From the NCBI GenBank assembly GCA_022796725.1, contig JAAWJE010000009.1, positions 1 to 57,175 on the forward strand: a stretch of 57,175 nt of DNA, read 5' to 3'. The first letter of the stretch is position 1, and each line of letters begins with the position of its first letter. The notes under the pieces were generated by a model, which was given only the letters and a program-made list of their open reading frames with translations, was not told where the DNA came from and ran no database searches. The DNA is from Clostridia bacterium (GTDB lineage Bacteria > Bacillota > Clostridia > TANB77 > CAG-508). Of the stretch, positions 27,933 to 38,318 are shown piece by piece. The position numbers were made by a program, and so were the translations under genes.

Positions 27933-29795
27933 TTATAAATTAACTAAATTATATTCAATTTTTTCTTCTTCTATCGCTTCGCATTCTCTACTCGTACAAG
28001 TAAATATAATAATTTGATTATTACATTTTTCATTCAAATACTTTATTATATTTTTCATTCTATTTTTATCATAATATGCAAATGATTCATCCAATATTAT
28101 TGGAATAAGTTCATCTGACATAGATCTAGCAGCACTTATTCTTAATGCTAAATAAATTAAATCTATTGTTCCTTGACTTAATCTATTAACATTCATATAA
28201 CTGCCATTTTCAACTTCTATCTTTATTCCATCTTCATCTACTATACATTTATTATATTTGTTATTTGTTGATTTAGAAATAATATTTTGAATTTCAATAA
28301 TAAATTCTGGTGTTATATTAGATTGCATTTCTTTATATGCTTCTTCTAAATTCTGTTTTACTAAATTATAAATATTATTTTTGTTAATTAATTCTTCTTT
28401 TTCTTCATATAATTTATCTAGTTCTTCTTCTAAACATACTAAGTTTTCTAAGTTTTTATTAACATCTTCATTTGAAACTTCTATTTTTTTCTCTGATACG
28501 CTATACTCAGATATTTGAGCTTCTTTTTCATTTATTTTATCCACAATTTTTTCATATTTTGTAGATAAAATATCTTCTATTTTTTCTTTAGAAATTTTAT
28601 GTAAGAACTCTTTTTTAATTTTTTCATTTTCTAATGTTTCATTTTCTTGAATTTCTTTTTCTAATTTATCTATTTCTATCATTTTTAATTTTTTTATTTC
28701 TTCTAGTCTTTCAATATTTTCATTTATTTTTGTTAGATTTTCTTTATATCTTTTATTTACAATTTTTGTCTTCTTATCTTTTAAAAATAAAATACATAAT
28801 ACTGATATTATTAAAGCATTTATAATTAATATTAATGGCTTATTCATTATAAATGACATAATTGTAATTAATATTATTAATAATATTAATATAGCATATA
28901 TAATTTTGTTAGATTTTCTTTTTGATTGTTTTTCTACTTTAAGATTATTAATTTCTTTTTTCTTATTTTCTTGCATTTCAGAGTATCCGTCTATTTCATT
29001 ATCTAAAATATTAAGTTTTTCATTATTTATTAAATTTTTTTCCTTTATAATCTTAATTTTTCTTAATATCTCAAGTTCTATTTTACTCTCATTAATATCT
29101 ACTGCCAAATTATTTTTTTCTTCTTCAATCTCATATTTCTTATCTTTATAAATTTCAATTTGCTTTATTTTATTTTCTAATTCTTCAATCTTGCTATTAA
29201 CTATGTTTATTGGTCTTCCTGAACTTCTATCTGTTCCAATCTCTTGTAATTGCTTTTTATTTATTTTTTCAATAGTTTTTTTATAAGATATATTTTCATT
29301 TCCTGTAGATATAATATTACTTAACTTCTGCATTACAGTATTCTGACTATTCTTATCTAATTCAACTTTCCCTTGTTCTGATAAACAAGTACTGAAAAAC
29401 ATATCTTCAGTAATTCCTGTTTGTTCTATAAAAAACTCACTGCCTTTAGATTTTGTTATTTTAAACTTATCTGATACATCTTCCTTATTTTTATATATCT
29501 GTGGCGATTTTTTTCTAAAATCATTATATATCTCATATTTATCTCCATTATCTACATGATATGTAATTTTTCCAGAAAATTCATCTGCATTCCATGGAAT
29601 ATATTTATCATAATCTGAAATATCTTTTCCATTTTTATTCCTTGATATTCCATATAAAGAAGATGATATAAATTTCAAAAGAGTTGACTTTCCAGATTCA
29701 TTATCCCCTTTTATAATGTTTATTTTATCATTTAATTCTATTTCTTTATTTTCTAATTTTCCAAAACCATTAATCTTTAACTTATTTATTATCAT
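27933..29795 (-). CDS. YhaN/SbcC-like SMC-type ATPase with a central transmembrane hairpin
   Basis: 620 aa. Walker A GDNESGKST, long coiled-coil-like K/E/I-rich arms, signature LSQGT, Walker B IPIILDESFAYYD. Two hydrophobic helices at residues about 298-337. Confidence 0.75.
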   Translation of the reverse strand: MIINKLKINGFGKLENKEIELNDKINIIKGDNESGKSTLLKFISSSLYGISRNKNGKDISDYDKYIPWNADEFSGKITYHVDNGDKYEIYNDFRKKSPQIYKNKEDVSDKFKITKSKGSEFFIEQTGITEDMFFSTCLSEQGKVELDKNSQNTVMQKLSNIISTGNENISYKKTIEKINKKQLQEIGTDRSSGRPINIVNSKIEELENKIKQIEIYKDKKYEIEEEKNNLAVDINESKIELEILRKIKIIKEKNLINNEKLNILDNEIDGYSEMQENKKKEINNLKVEKQSKRKSNKIIYAILILLIILITIMSFIMNKPLILIINALIISVLCILFLKDKKTKIVNKRYKENLTKINENIERLEEIKKLKMIEIDKLEKEIQENETLENEKIKKEFLHKISKEKIEDILSTKYEKIVDKINEKEAQISEYSVSEKKIEVSNEDVNKNLENLVCLEEELDKLYEEKEELINKNNIYNLVKQNLEEAYKEMQSNITPEFIIEIQNIISKSTNNKYNKCIVDEDGIKIEVENGSYMNVNRLSQGTIDLIYLALRISAARSMSDELIPIILDESFAYYDKNRMKNIIKYLNEKCNNQIIIFTCTSRECEAIEEEKIEYNLVNL

Positions 29796-29797
29796 AC

Positions 29798-30871
29798 TTA
29801 CAATACCTCTAAACCAGTTTCTATAACCTTTTCCATCGTTTCTTTATCAATTAGTCCACTTTCATACTTTTCCATAACTTTCTTTGCAAAAATACCTTTT
29901 ATATCATTTTTTAAAATAATATCATTTATATTATAAGCTACTTTTGTATTATCTTTTATTTTTATAATATTATCTTTAGATAACAATTTTTTTATTTCGA
30001 TTGTATCTATTATAAAATTTCTATTTCCTATTAATATAATTTTATATAAATTATTCTCATTAAAGTTTATTTCTTCTATTTTTTCTAATATATCTTCATT
30101 TGAGACACATTCTGAAATATCTAAATTAAATTCTTTATATTCTCTACTATCTAGTTTTACAAATTCTAAATTTAGATTTTCTTTATCTATATCTCCAACT
30201 ACCATCCCATGTTCACCTAATTCATCAAACCCAAACGATATAGTAGAACCTGGATATACTATTCTTTGATTTTTTTCATCATTATATGTTTTTTTATGAA
30301 TATGTCCTAATGCAATATAATCAAACCCTAATGTTTTTAATTTTTTACTTGACATTGGATTATATTCTCTATATTCATCATTTCCACCATCTACACTCCC
30401 ATGAGCTACTAATATATTTATTTTATCTTTATTTTCTATTTCTATATTTTCTATATTACTTTCTTTGCAATAATAATCATTAAATCCATATCCATATATA
30501 TTTATATCGCCTATTTCTACTTTTTCTATATTATTTTTGAAAATATGAACATTACTGCTCCATTGAAAAGTATTATAAAATGAATTTTTTATAAATGGAT
30601 CATGATTCCCTGGTGAAATAAATATTTTTACATTTGGTATTTCATTAAATAATCTGTTTATATACTGTATGCTTGATTTTCTAATATATTGTTGCTCATA
30701 TAAATCTCCTGATATAAATAAAAACTGTATATTATTTGTTTTTATATATTCTATTATATCTTTCATTATTTTTCTTTGTTCTAATCTTCTTTTCTCAGGA
30801 AGTCCATCTATACTACTTAAGTTTTTAAAGTTTATATCTAAATGTGTATCTGCTATATGTACAAATCTCAT
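29798..30871 (-). CDS. YhaO/SbcD-like metallophosphoesterase (Mre11-type nuclease)
   Basis: MRFVHIADTHLD, SGDLYE, GNHD, GHIH motifs. The start was moved to ATG 30869-30871 (AAGGAG upstream). The stop abuts the ATPase gene. Confidence 0.8.
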   Translation of the reverse strand: MRFVHIADTHLDINFKNLSSIDGLPEKRRLEQRKIMKDIIEYIKTNNIQFLFISGDLYEQQYIRKSSIQYINRLFNEIPNVKIFISPGNHDPFIKNSFYNTFQWSSNVHIFKNNIEKVEIGDINIYGYGFNDYYCKESNIENIEIENKDKINILVAHGSVDGGNDEYREYNPMSSKKLKTLGFDYIALGHIHKKTYNDEKNQRIVYPGSTISFGFDELGEHGMVVGDIDKENLNLEFVKLDSREYKEFNLDISECVSNEDILEKIEEINFNENNLYKIILIGNRNFIIDTIEIKKLLSKDNIIKIKDNTKVAYNINDIILKNDIKGIFAKKVMEKYESGLIDKETMEKVIETGLEVL

Positions 30872-30962
30872 ATAATTTCTCCTTATATTAAAATAACATT
30901 GACTAAATTTTATCAAATGATAATTTTATAGTCAATGCTATTTAAAACATTTGTTTTATTTT

Positions 30963-32964
30963 TTAATTATTACTATCAATTGAACCAAATAATTCATCAA
31001 ACTTTGCTTCTAATTCCTTTTGTATATCATTTAGTTCTTCTTTTTTATTATCTATTTTCTGCTCTGTTTTTGTTTCTATATTTGATTGTTCTGTTTTTGT
31101 TTCATTTGTTGTATTAGATGTATTTTCTTCTGTTTTATTATTATCTTCAAATAAATCATCTAGTTCTTCTATTTTTAAATCATTTTGTTCCTCTTTTTCT
31201 ACATAAGGATTATATGGATTAAACTTTCTATAAACACCTCTATCTGGTATTTCTCTAGTGTTATGATCTACTGCAAAAGGAGCAATCATTTTTGCTGTAT
31301 TATACTTATAATAATAATACTTTCTAGCCTTAATTGGTTTTAGTCCTTTTTCATAAATAATACAATCATCAACATCTAATCTTCTAAGTTCATCTGGTGT
31401 TAGCAACGCTCTTGCCATATTTTGTTCTGATACACTTTTTCCTTGTTTCCAATCGTCTTTATCTTTATTTACTGATTCGCTTTCTCTGAATATTGTTTTC
31501 TCACCAAGAGCTTTTGAAAAATATTCAACTGTTTTTTGTGAGTTACTTCCTAAAAATAAGTGAGTATCACAGTTACCCATGATTGTTTCATTAGATTCCT
31601 TATATACTGCTTCTAATTGATCTAAGTTCTGCAGAATAACACTAAATGAAATTTTTCTACTTCTTGATGTAGATATTTTTTTATCAAAATCTGGTATCTT
31701 ACCAATGTTTGCAAACTCATCTAAAATAAAATATGTAGGTACTGGAAGTGCTCCTCCCTTCTCATCAGCGAAATCATATAATTGTTGTATCATCTGTGAG
31801 AAGAAAATTGTAAGCAAGAAGTCATACGCTGCATGAGTATCTGAAGATATAACATATACCGCTGTTTTTTCTTCTCCTATCTTTTTAAAATCTATTGTAT
31901 TTGTTGACGTTAGTGCTTCAATTTCTTTTGAATCAAATTTACCAAGTTTTGATTGAAGTGATGATAAAATTGATCCATACGTTTTTTCTGGTGCTACTTC
32001 AATAGATTTATAATTCATTCTTGCTGGGTGATCATAAGGTAATTGATTAATTAAATTTGTAAGTAAATTATCTCCACCATTACTATTTGCTGCTCTAACT
32101 AACTCTGAACAACTTGCTAAACTTTGTTCTTCTGGTGGTCTAACAGCTTTTAAATAATATATTAATGCTTTAAGTAACATTTCAGCCATATCTTCCCAAA
32201 ATGGGTCTGATGCACTATTAGTACTTTGCCCTTTTACTATCGTGTTTGCTACAACGTCTACATCTATTTCATTTTTGATATGTAACAATGGATTATATCC
32301 ATCACTATTTTGTGGTCTTACTAAATTTAAAACTTTTATTTTATATCCGTTTTCTTTTAAATATCCAGCTGTTTTATCATAAAGTTCACCTTTCGGATCA
32401 GTAAATACATAAGAACCTAATAATTGACATGCATTTGGAATAACATAAGATGCAGATTTACCAGCACCTGAACCGTCCAACAACCAAAACATTTACATTT
32501 CCTCTTTTATCTGTTGGTAAATATTCCTTTTCAGCAAGTATTATTCCTTTCTTATTACTTAATGTCTTATATTCTTCTCCATTTATACACCAATCACTTG
32601 AACCATTTTCTATTCCATCATACTCATGTTTTGGTAGCGCTTTTGTAATTCCTATAGTTACTGCGAAAATATATACTAAAGTAAATTTCCATAGTACACT
32701 AAAAAACATTCCATCTGTGCTTCCAGATAATGCTTGTCCTAAAGCAAGAAATGGATTTACTATGTATTTTGCGATTCCAGCAAAAAAAGCTTCCCATGCT
32801 GCTCCACCATTTATTCCCAAATTTCCGACTAACATTCCTTCATGAATAGAATTAGCAAGTGGTGCAACAAATACTACGACAAGTATTAGCCATAGTATGA
32901 AGCTTACAATTAATTTATTTTTTATTTTCTTTATAGCCTTACCTATTTTTTCTCCTATATTCAT
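30963..32964 (-). pseudogene. VirD4/TraG-type type IV coupling protein, disrupted by a 1-nt insertion in the Walker A box
   Basis: The 168-aa ORF (membrane N-domain) ends ...NVNVLVVGRFRCW*. The 509-aa ORF begins MFWLLDGSGAGKSASYVIPN. Deleting one base at about 32475 (minus strand reads gtt gtt gga C ggt tca ggt gct ggt aaa) restores VLVVGGSGAGKS. Walker B YFILDEFANIG lies downstream. Confidence 0.8.
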
Positions 32965-32999
32965 ATAATCACCTTTTCATTAGTAAATTTATATATAGC

Positions 33000-33380
33000 T
33001 TATCTTTCTTCTCCTTGATTATCTACTTTTACATCATTATCATCTACTGGTGAAGGCATTTCAGCTATTCTCTTCTTCTCTGCTACCTCTTCAGCTTCTT
33101 GTTGTTTTGTCGTTTTTGTAGAAACTACTTGCTTTACACCATCTTTAGTTATATGTTGAGGTTTTTGTCCATTCTTATCCATTTCTGTCGCATCTGATAT
33201 TACAACAGCGTCTCCATTTACACCATGTTCATTTACTTTTTTACTTGGAACTACATCCATATGTGCTACATCTGGTGTTCCACATCTACTCAATTGTTCA
33301 TCTGTTATATTCCCTCTTAATCCATCAACAATAACCACAGTAGCCTCTTCAGTTTGATAATTTTTTTCGCCGTTATCCAT
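33000..33380 (-). CDS. hypothetical acidic soluble protein
   Basis: 126 aa with an AGGAG RBS, 35 nt upstream of the T4CP gene on the same strand. No recognisable motif. Confidence 0.5.
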   Translation of the reverse strand: MDNGEKNYQTEEATVVIVDGLRGNITDEQLSRCGTPDVAHMDVVPSKKVNEHGVNGDAVVISDATEMDKNGQKPQHITKDGVKQVVSTKTTKQQEAEEVAEKKRIAEMPSPVDDNDVKVDNQGEER

Positions 33381-33398
33381 ACATATCTCCTTTCGACA

Positions 33399-33929
33399 TT
33401 AATCATAATTGTTTTCTTTTATCTCAAACACTATATAACTTTTTCCAGCTTTTAATTTACATTTACCTTTAACTTCATTTGTTTCTTTATCCAAGTATAA
33501 AGAAGGTTTTACTTCTTCAGTAGTATCTGGATCTATAATTGTCATTGGTCTTTTTAAATTTGGTGTATATGCAAACTCTCTAAATTCTGTTTCTTCTTCA
33601 TTGTATATTGTTTTACAATTCATTGGTATTGGTTTATTAGAGATTTTTACTATATTAGTAGCAGTTTCTAAGTAACCAACATTTAATACAACCTTTTCTT
33701 TTCCAAAAGAAAATATTACAAGTTGGTTTCCTTCTTCATGTGGATCATAAATGAAAAATGTTTTTTTTACATTATTACCTACTAACTCTTTAGTATAATC
33801 GAGTCTTTCTATTGTAAACTTTGGATTATCTTTTAAAAATTCTTTTTCTGTTTTATTTACTTTATATATTACAGTATTGATATTTTTTGGTTCTGTAATA
33901 CTAAAATGTTTTCCAAAACTTTCTCCCAT
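33399..33929 (-). CDS. hypothetical protein
   Basis: 176 aa, 18 nt upstream of the next gene on the same strand. No recognisable motif. Confidence 0.5.
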   Translation of the reverse strand: MGESFGKHFSITEPKNINTVIYKVNKTEKEFLKDNPKFTIERLDYTKELVGNNVKKTFFIYDPHEEGNQLVIFSFGKEKVVLNVGYLETATNIVKISNKPIPMNCKTIYNEEETEFREFAYTPNLKRPMTIIDPDTTEEVKPSLYLDKETNEVKGKCKLKAGKSYIVFEIKENNYD

Positions 33930-34037
33930 TTTACACCCCTATCTTGTACACTTGTTAAACTCGTGTTTCTTCTTTCGTAGAACAGTTATTTTTTATTATA
34001 CAACACAAAACCTAACATTGTCAATATATTTTACTCT

Positions 34038-34946
34038 TTATGTTAACTGTTTTCTTGGATTAAATCTGCTTATTTTCTGCATTTTTGTAAATAATTCTTC
34101 TTCTTCTTTAGATAAATCTTTAGGAATTACTATATTTGCCCTAACTATTAAGTCTCCTCTATCTCCATCTTTATTCTTATATCCCATATTTTTTATTATT
34201 ATATCTTCTCCTGATTGTGTTCCTCTTGGAATATTTATAGTTACATCATCATCTATTCCTGTAACTGTTAAGTTAGTACTTAATGCTGCTTCCCATGGAG
34301 AAATATTTACACTAGTTTTTAAGTTTAACCCATCTAATTTGAATTTTGATGTATCATTTATTTGTATATTTATTATTAAATCGCCATTTTTTCCACCATT
34401 TTTTCCCTCTTTACCTTGACCCATAAGACGTATTTTTTCATTGTTCTGAATACCTTTAGGAATTTTTACATTAAAAGTCCTCACTCCACCATCTATATTT
34501 TTAAGGGAAATACTCTTTTCTTTTCCAAAAAAGGCATCTGTTATTGAGATTTCTATTTGAGTTTCAATATTTTCACCCTTTTGAGGAATTTTTATTTTTA
34601 TTTTATCATCTTTTTGTATATCTTGCATTTCTTCTTGATTTCCAAAAAATATATTAAAAAAGTCCTTTGGCTTAGCATTCATATTTTTTTTACTAATTTC
34701 ATAGCTTTTTTTCTTTCTGCCAATATAATAATTCCAACTTCTATCATATTTTCTTTTAGAAGAAGCTTTAGATAATATTTGATATGCTTCACTTATATCT
34801 TTAAACTTTTCTTCTGAAACTCTATCTTCTTTATTTACATCAGGATGATATTTTTTTGCGGAATCTCTATATGCAATTTTTATATCTTCTAAACTTACTT
34901 TATTAGTTTCTAATCCTAATATTTTGTAATAATCTTTAAATATCAT
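34038..34946 (-). CDS. CbpA-type J-domain protein (DnaJ without zinc finger)
   Basis: 302 aa. J domain DYYKILGL...YHPD. No CxxCxGxG repeats. DnaJ C-terminal beta domains (GDLIINIQI..., GDLIVRANIVIPK). Confidence 0.8.
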   Translation of the reverse strand: MIFKDYYKILGLETNKVSLEDIKIAYRDSAKKYHPDVNKEDRVSEEKFKDISEAYQILSKASSKRKYDRSWNYYIGRKKKSYEISKKNMNAKPKDFFNIFFGNQEEMQDIQKDDKIKIKIPQKGENIETQIEISITDAFFGKEKSISLKNIDGGVRTFNVKIPKGIQNNEKIRLMGQGKEGKNGGKNGDLIINIQINDTSKFKLDGLNLKTSVNISPWEAALSTNLTVTGIDDDVTINIPRGTQSGEDIIIKNMGYKNKDGDRGDLIVRANIVIPKDLSKEEEELFTKMQKISRFNPRKQLT

Positions 34947-35091
34947 TTAACATCCCCCGAACTCTTGCAAATTCATAAATAATTATATCATAGAATTAAT
35001 GTTTTGAAAATGTTTTTAATATATTTTTTTATATAAAATAAAAATACTTTTAAAACCTTAATACAATTAAAATTTTAAAAGCATTTTATTT

Positions 35092-35652
35092 CTATTTAGT
35101 TAAATATTGATTTCTTAGTTCTATTGAATTTATGTGTATATATTCTTTTTTTTCTAGCACATATTCTATTGTTTTATTTAAAAAATATAATACAGCTTCA
35201 TCTAAATTCTTTCTTGCTAATTTTCTTCCCTCTTCTATTCCATTCCAATTTCTATCTTCAGCAATTGAATCTGCAACGAAAATAATTTTAGCAAGATTAT
35301 TCATACCTTTTTTTCCTGTTGTATGATATTCGATTGCATTTCCCATATCCTCAGTAAATCCTAATTTCTTGATACTTATATCTTTTCCAATTTTTCCATG
35401 TAATAGCTCAGGATTTATTCTTTCGATTTCATCTATTATAATGTTATTTTTTTCACAATATTGTATTTTTTCTTTAGTAGGTATTTCTTTTGCTAAATCA
35501 TGTGCTATTCCTACCAAAGAAACAATTCTTTCATCTTCTCCATATAGTTTTGCAAGTTCTACTGCTTTATTTTTTACATCTACTGAATGATTATATCTTT
35601 CTTCTGTAAGTAATTCTTTTACAAACAATTCAACTTCAACAATATCTTTCAT
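35092..35652 (-). CDS. yqeK: YqeK-type HD-domain hydrolase
   Basis: 186 aa. RYNHSVDV and GIAHDLAKE (HD motif). Lies 21 nt downstream of murF-ddl on the same strand. Confidence 0.75.
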   Translation of the reverse strand: MKDIVEVELFVKELLTEERYNHSVDVKNKAVELAKLYGEDERIVSLVGIAHDLAKEIPTKEKIQYCEKNNIIIDEIERINPELLHGKIGKDISIKKLGFTEDMGNAIEYHTTGKKGMNNLAKIIFVADSIAEDRNWNGIEEGRKLARKNLDEAVLYFLNKTIEYVLEKKEYIHINSIELRNQYLTK

Positions 35653-35673
35653 GTTTTCCTCATCTTTTTTATA

Positions 35674-38127
35674 TTATTCTTTTAATTTAAAGTTCTTTAC
35701 ATTTGCTATTTCTATAAGTTTATCTATTAATTCTGAATATTTTATTCCTGCTTCTTCAAATAGTTTAGGATACATGCTTATATTTGTAAATCCTGGTAAT
35801 GTATTTATTTCATTTAATATTATTTTATTTGTATTATTTTCAACAAAGAAGTCTACTCTTGACAAGCCTTTTCCATCAACAGCTTTGAAAGCTTTTATTG
35901 CAATTCTTTTTATTTCTTCTTGTATTGATTTGTCTAAATTCGCTGGTATAACTGTTTTTGATTCTTGATTTTGATATTTTGCTTCATAACTATAAAAAGT
36001 ATCTGCTGCTAAAACTTCTCCTGTACAAGATGCAATTACTTCATCGTTTCCAAGTACTGCACACTCAAGTTCCCTACCAATAACGCCTTCTTCTATTATT
36101 ATCTTATTATCATAATTACTAGCATATTCGATTCCTAAAGCTAATTCCTCTTCATTTGTAACTTTTCTTACACCTATTGATGAACCTGCATTTGAAGGTT
36201 TTACAAACATTGGAAATTTAAGTTTTTTATCTGCTGTTTTGCATATATTTTCTAATGTTTCTTCCTTTTCATTTGTTTTTTCATCAACATATATATATTT
36301 ACCATCAACTTTTTTTATCCATATATATTTTGCTTGTTCAATACTAGCATTTTTTAATACTTCTTTTGTAAATACTTTATCCATACAAATAGCTGATGCT
36401 AGCACTCCACAACCTACATAAGGTTTTCTCATAATTTCAAATATTCCTTGTATACACCCATCTTCTCCATATATACCATGTAATACTGGAAAAGCAATGT
36501 CACAATCTTCTAATAAACACATTAAATTTTGAGATTTTTTCAAATCACTTTCTTTTAAAGTTTCTAATTCTTTAATGTCTCCAATATATTCAAAAGTATC
36601 TCCTTCTTTATTTATATATATTATTTTTATTTGGTATTTGTCTTTATTTATATTTTCTAAAATTGATTTACCAGATTTGATAGATACATCATGCTCTGAT
36701 GACATACCTCCTATAATAACACCTACCCTGATTTTTCCTTTTATTTCATTATATATTTCACCAAATTTCATACTATTTGATGCTTTTAAAAACACTTTAT
36801 CCTCTTTTTCCATTATACTTTTAAGTACATTAGAAGCTTTTTCATTACAATCACATATATATATTTTTTCTTTATCCATTCCCATATTTATAGCTTCTTT
36901 TGCAATGTACTCTGCCTCCTTCCCAACTGTTATTAATATATTAACTTTTTGCTCTGCAATTTCTCTACCTACTTTTGTATGCAATTCCATTGAGAATCTA
37001 CCTAATTCTTTTATATCTCCAAGAACTGCTATTTTCCTTCCACCTTGCAGAGACATAAGATATTCTAATCCTGGTTTAATTGATTCATAGCTTGCATTAT
37101 AGTAATCTTTTATTAAAGTTATATTATTTTCTATCCTTTCACAATCTAATCTATTTAAAGTCATTTCTGTATTTTCTAAAGCTTTTTTTGCACTTTCTAT
37201 TGAAATTCCCAATTCTCTTCCTACTGCAATAGCAGATAATGCATTCATTACAAATGGTTCTCCTGGTTTAGAAGTATATAAAATATATTCTTTATTATTT
37301 TCCTTTATTTTAAATTTACTTTTATTTTCAAAATGTTCTACATCATATCCTTTTATATCTGAATTTGATTGAATTCCAAATGTTTTAGTTCTTATTTCAG
37401 TATTTTTGTTGTTCCATTTATTTAATAAATCATTATCATTATTTAATATAAGTATTCCATCCTTTTTCATTCCATCTAGTATTTCCATTTTTGCCTTTAA
37501 AATATTTTCTCTTGAACCAAGAATTCCTATATGAGCTGTTCCTATATTAGAAATAACTGCAATAGTAGGTTTAGCAATCTGTGTTAATTCACTAATTTCT
37601 CCAAAATGATTCATTCCCATTTCCACAACTAATATATCATGTTCTTTTAATTTAAGTATTGTCAATGGTAATCCTATACTATTATTAAAATTTCCTTGTG
37701 TTTTTAATACTTTATATTTTTGAGATAACACACTTGCAATAGCATCTTTTGTGCTTGTTTTTCCAACACTACCTGTTACTGCAATTACTGGTATATCATA
37801 TAAATCTCTTTTATATTTTGCTAATTCTATTAAGGCTTTTTTTCCATCTTTAACTTTTATTAATGTTCTTTTTCCATCATTATAATTTTTCTTTTCTTCA
37901 TCTGTTAGCATTAATTCGTCTACAATACATATTTTTGCTCCATTTTTAAAAGCAGTGTTACAATACGTATTTCCATTATTTAGTTCTCCTTTAATTGCTA
38001 TAAAAGTATCTCCTTCTTTTAAATTTCTTGTATCTATTGATACATCAATGATTGTCTCATTTTCGTCTCCGAAAATAATCTCTCCTTCAATTTGTTTTAA
38101 TACATCCTTAATTTTTATATCCTTCAT
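35674..38127 (-). CDS. fused UDP-MurNAc-tripeptide--D-Ala-D-Ala ligase (MurF) / D-alanine--D-alanine ligase (Ddl)
   Basis: One uninterrupted ORF. The N-terminal about 465 aa are MurF (AVTGSVGKTSTKD, NHFGEI, DAYNASY-like KDYYNASYES). The C-terminal about 350 aa are Ddl (IRVGVIIGGMSSEHDVS, FVKPSNAGSSIGV, NEINTLPGFT). Junction ...NEIKGK/IRVGV at about 36727-36745. The start was moved to ATG 38125-38127 (AAGGTG upstream). Confidence 0.85.
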   Translation of the reverse strand: MKDIKIKDVLKQIEGEIIFGDENETIIDVSIDTRNLKEGDTFIAIKGELNNGNTYCNTAFKNGAKICIVDELMLTDEEKKNYNDGKRTLIKVKDGKKALIELAKYKRDLYDIPVIAVTGSVGKTSTKDAIASVLSQKYKVLKTQGNFNNSIGLPLTILKLKEHDILVVEMGMNHFGEISELTQIAKPTIAVISNIGTAHIGILGSRENILKAKMEILDGMKKDGILILNNDNDLLNKWNNKNTEIRTKTFGIQSNSDIKGYDVEHFENKSKFKIKENNKEYILYTSKPGEPFVMNALSAIAVGRELGISIESAKKALENTEMTLNRLDCERIENNITLIKDYYNASYESIKPGLEYLMSLQGGRKIAVLGDIKELGRFSMELHTKVGREIAEQKVNILITVGKEAEYIAKEAINMGMDKEKIYICDCNEKASNVLKSIMEKEDKVFLKASNSMKFGEIYNEIKGKIRVGVIIGGMSSEHDVSIKSGKSILENINKDKYQIKIIYINKEGDTFEYIGDIKELETLKESDLKKSQNLMCLLEDCDIAFPVLHGIYGEDGCIQGIFEIMRKPYVGCGVLASAICMDKVFTKEVLKNASIEQAKYIWIKKVDGKYIYVDEKTNEKEETLENICKTADKKLKFPMFVKPSNAGSSIGVRKVTNEEELALGIEYASNYDNKIIIEEGVIGRELECAVLGNDEVIASCTGEVLAADTFYSYEAKYQNQESKTVIPANLDKSIQEEIKRIAIKAFKAVDGKGLSRVDFFVENNTNKIILNEINTLPGFTNISMYPKLFEEAGIKYSELIDKLIEIANVKNFKLKE

Positions 38128-38221
38128 AAAAATCACCTTATTTATTTTTATGATTTGCTATATATTAATATTCGCAAATTTCTTTAATCTTATCACTATT
38201 TTATTTTTTTGTAAAATGTTA

Positions 38222-38248
38222 AAAGGAGATGAATAATTCATCTCCTTT
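38222..38248 (-). terminator. terminator of the giant surface-protein gene
   Basis: aaaggagatga / tcatctccttt stem flanked by A/T runs. Confidence 0.65.
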
Positions 38249-38318
38249 TAACTAGATTTTAAGTAGATTTTGAAAATCCTTTTTAGAATTTTCTAAACAA
38301 TTTATATAAATTCATTGT

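Noticed and set aside
27933-34946. Treating the J-protein, two unknowns, T4CP, SbcD-like and SbcC-like genes as one seven-gene defence-type system
   Set aside because: A long imperfect palindrome with a T-run (about 30896-30936) separates the T4CP gene from the nuclease gene, which has its own RBS and promoter space. The nuclease/ATPase pair matches the housekeeping YhaO/YhaN arrangement, and the T4CP is frameshifted. Co-orientation alone is weak evidence.
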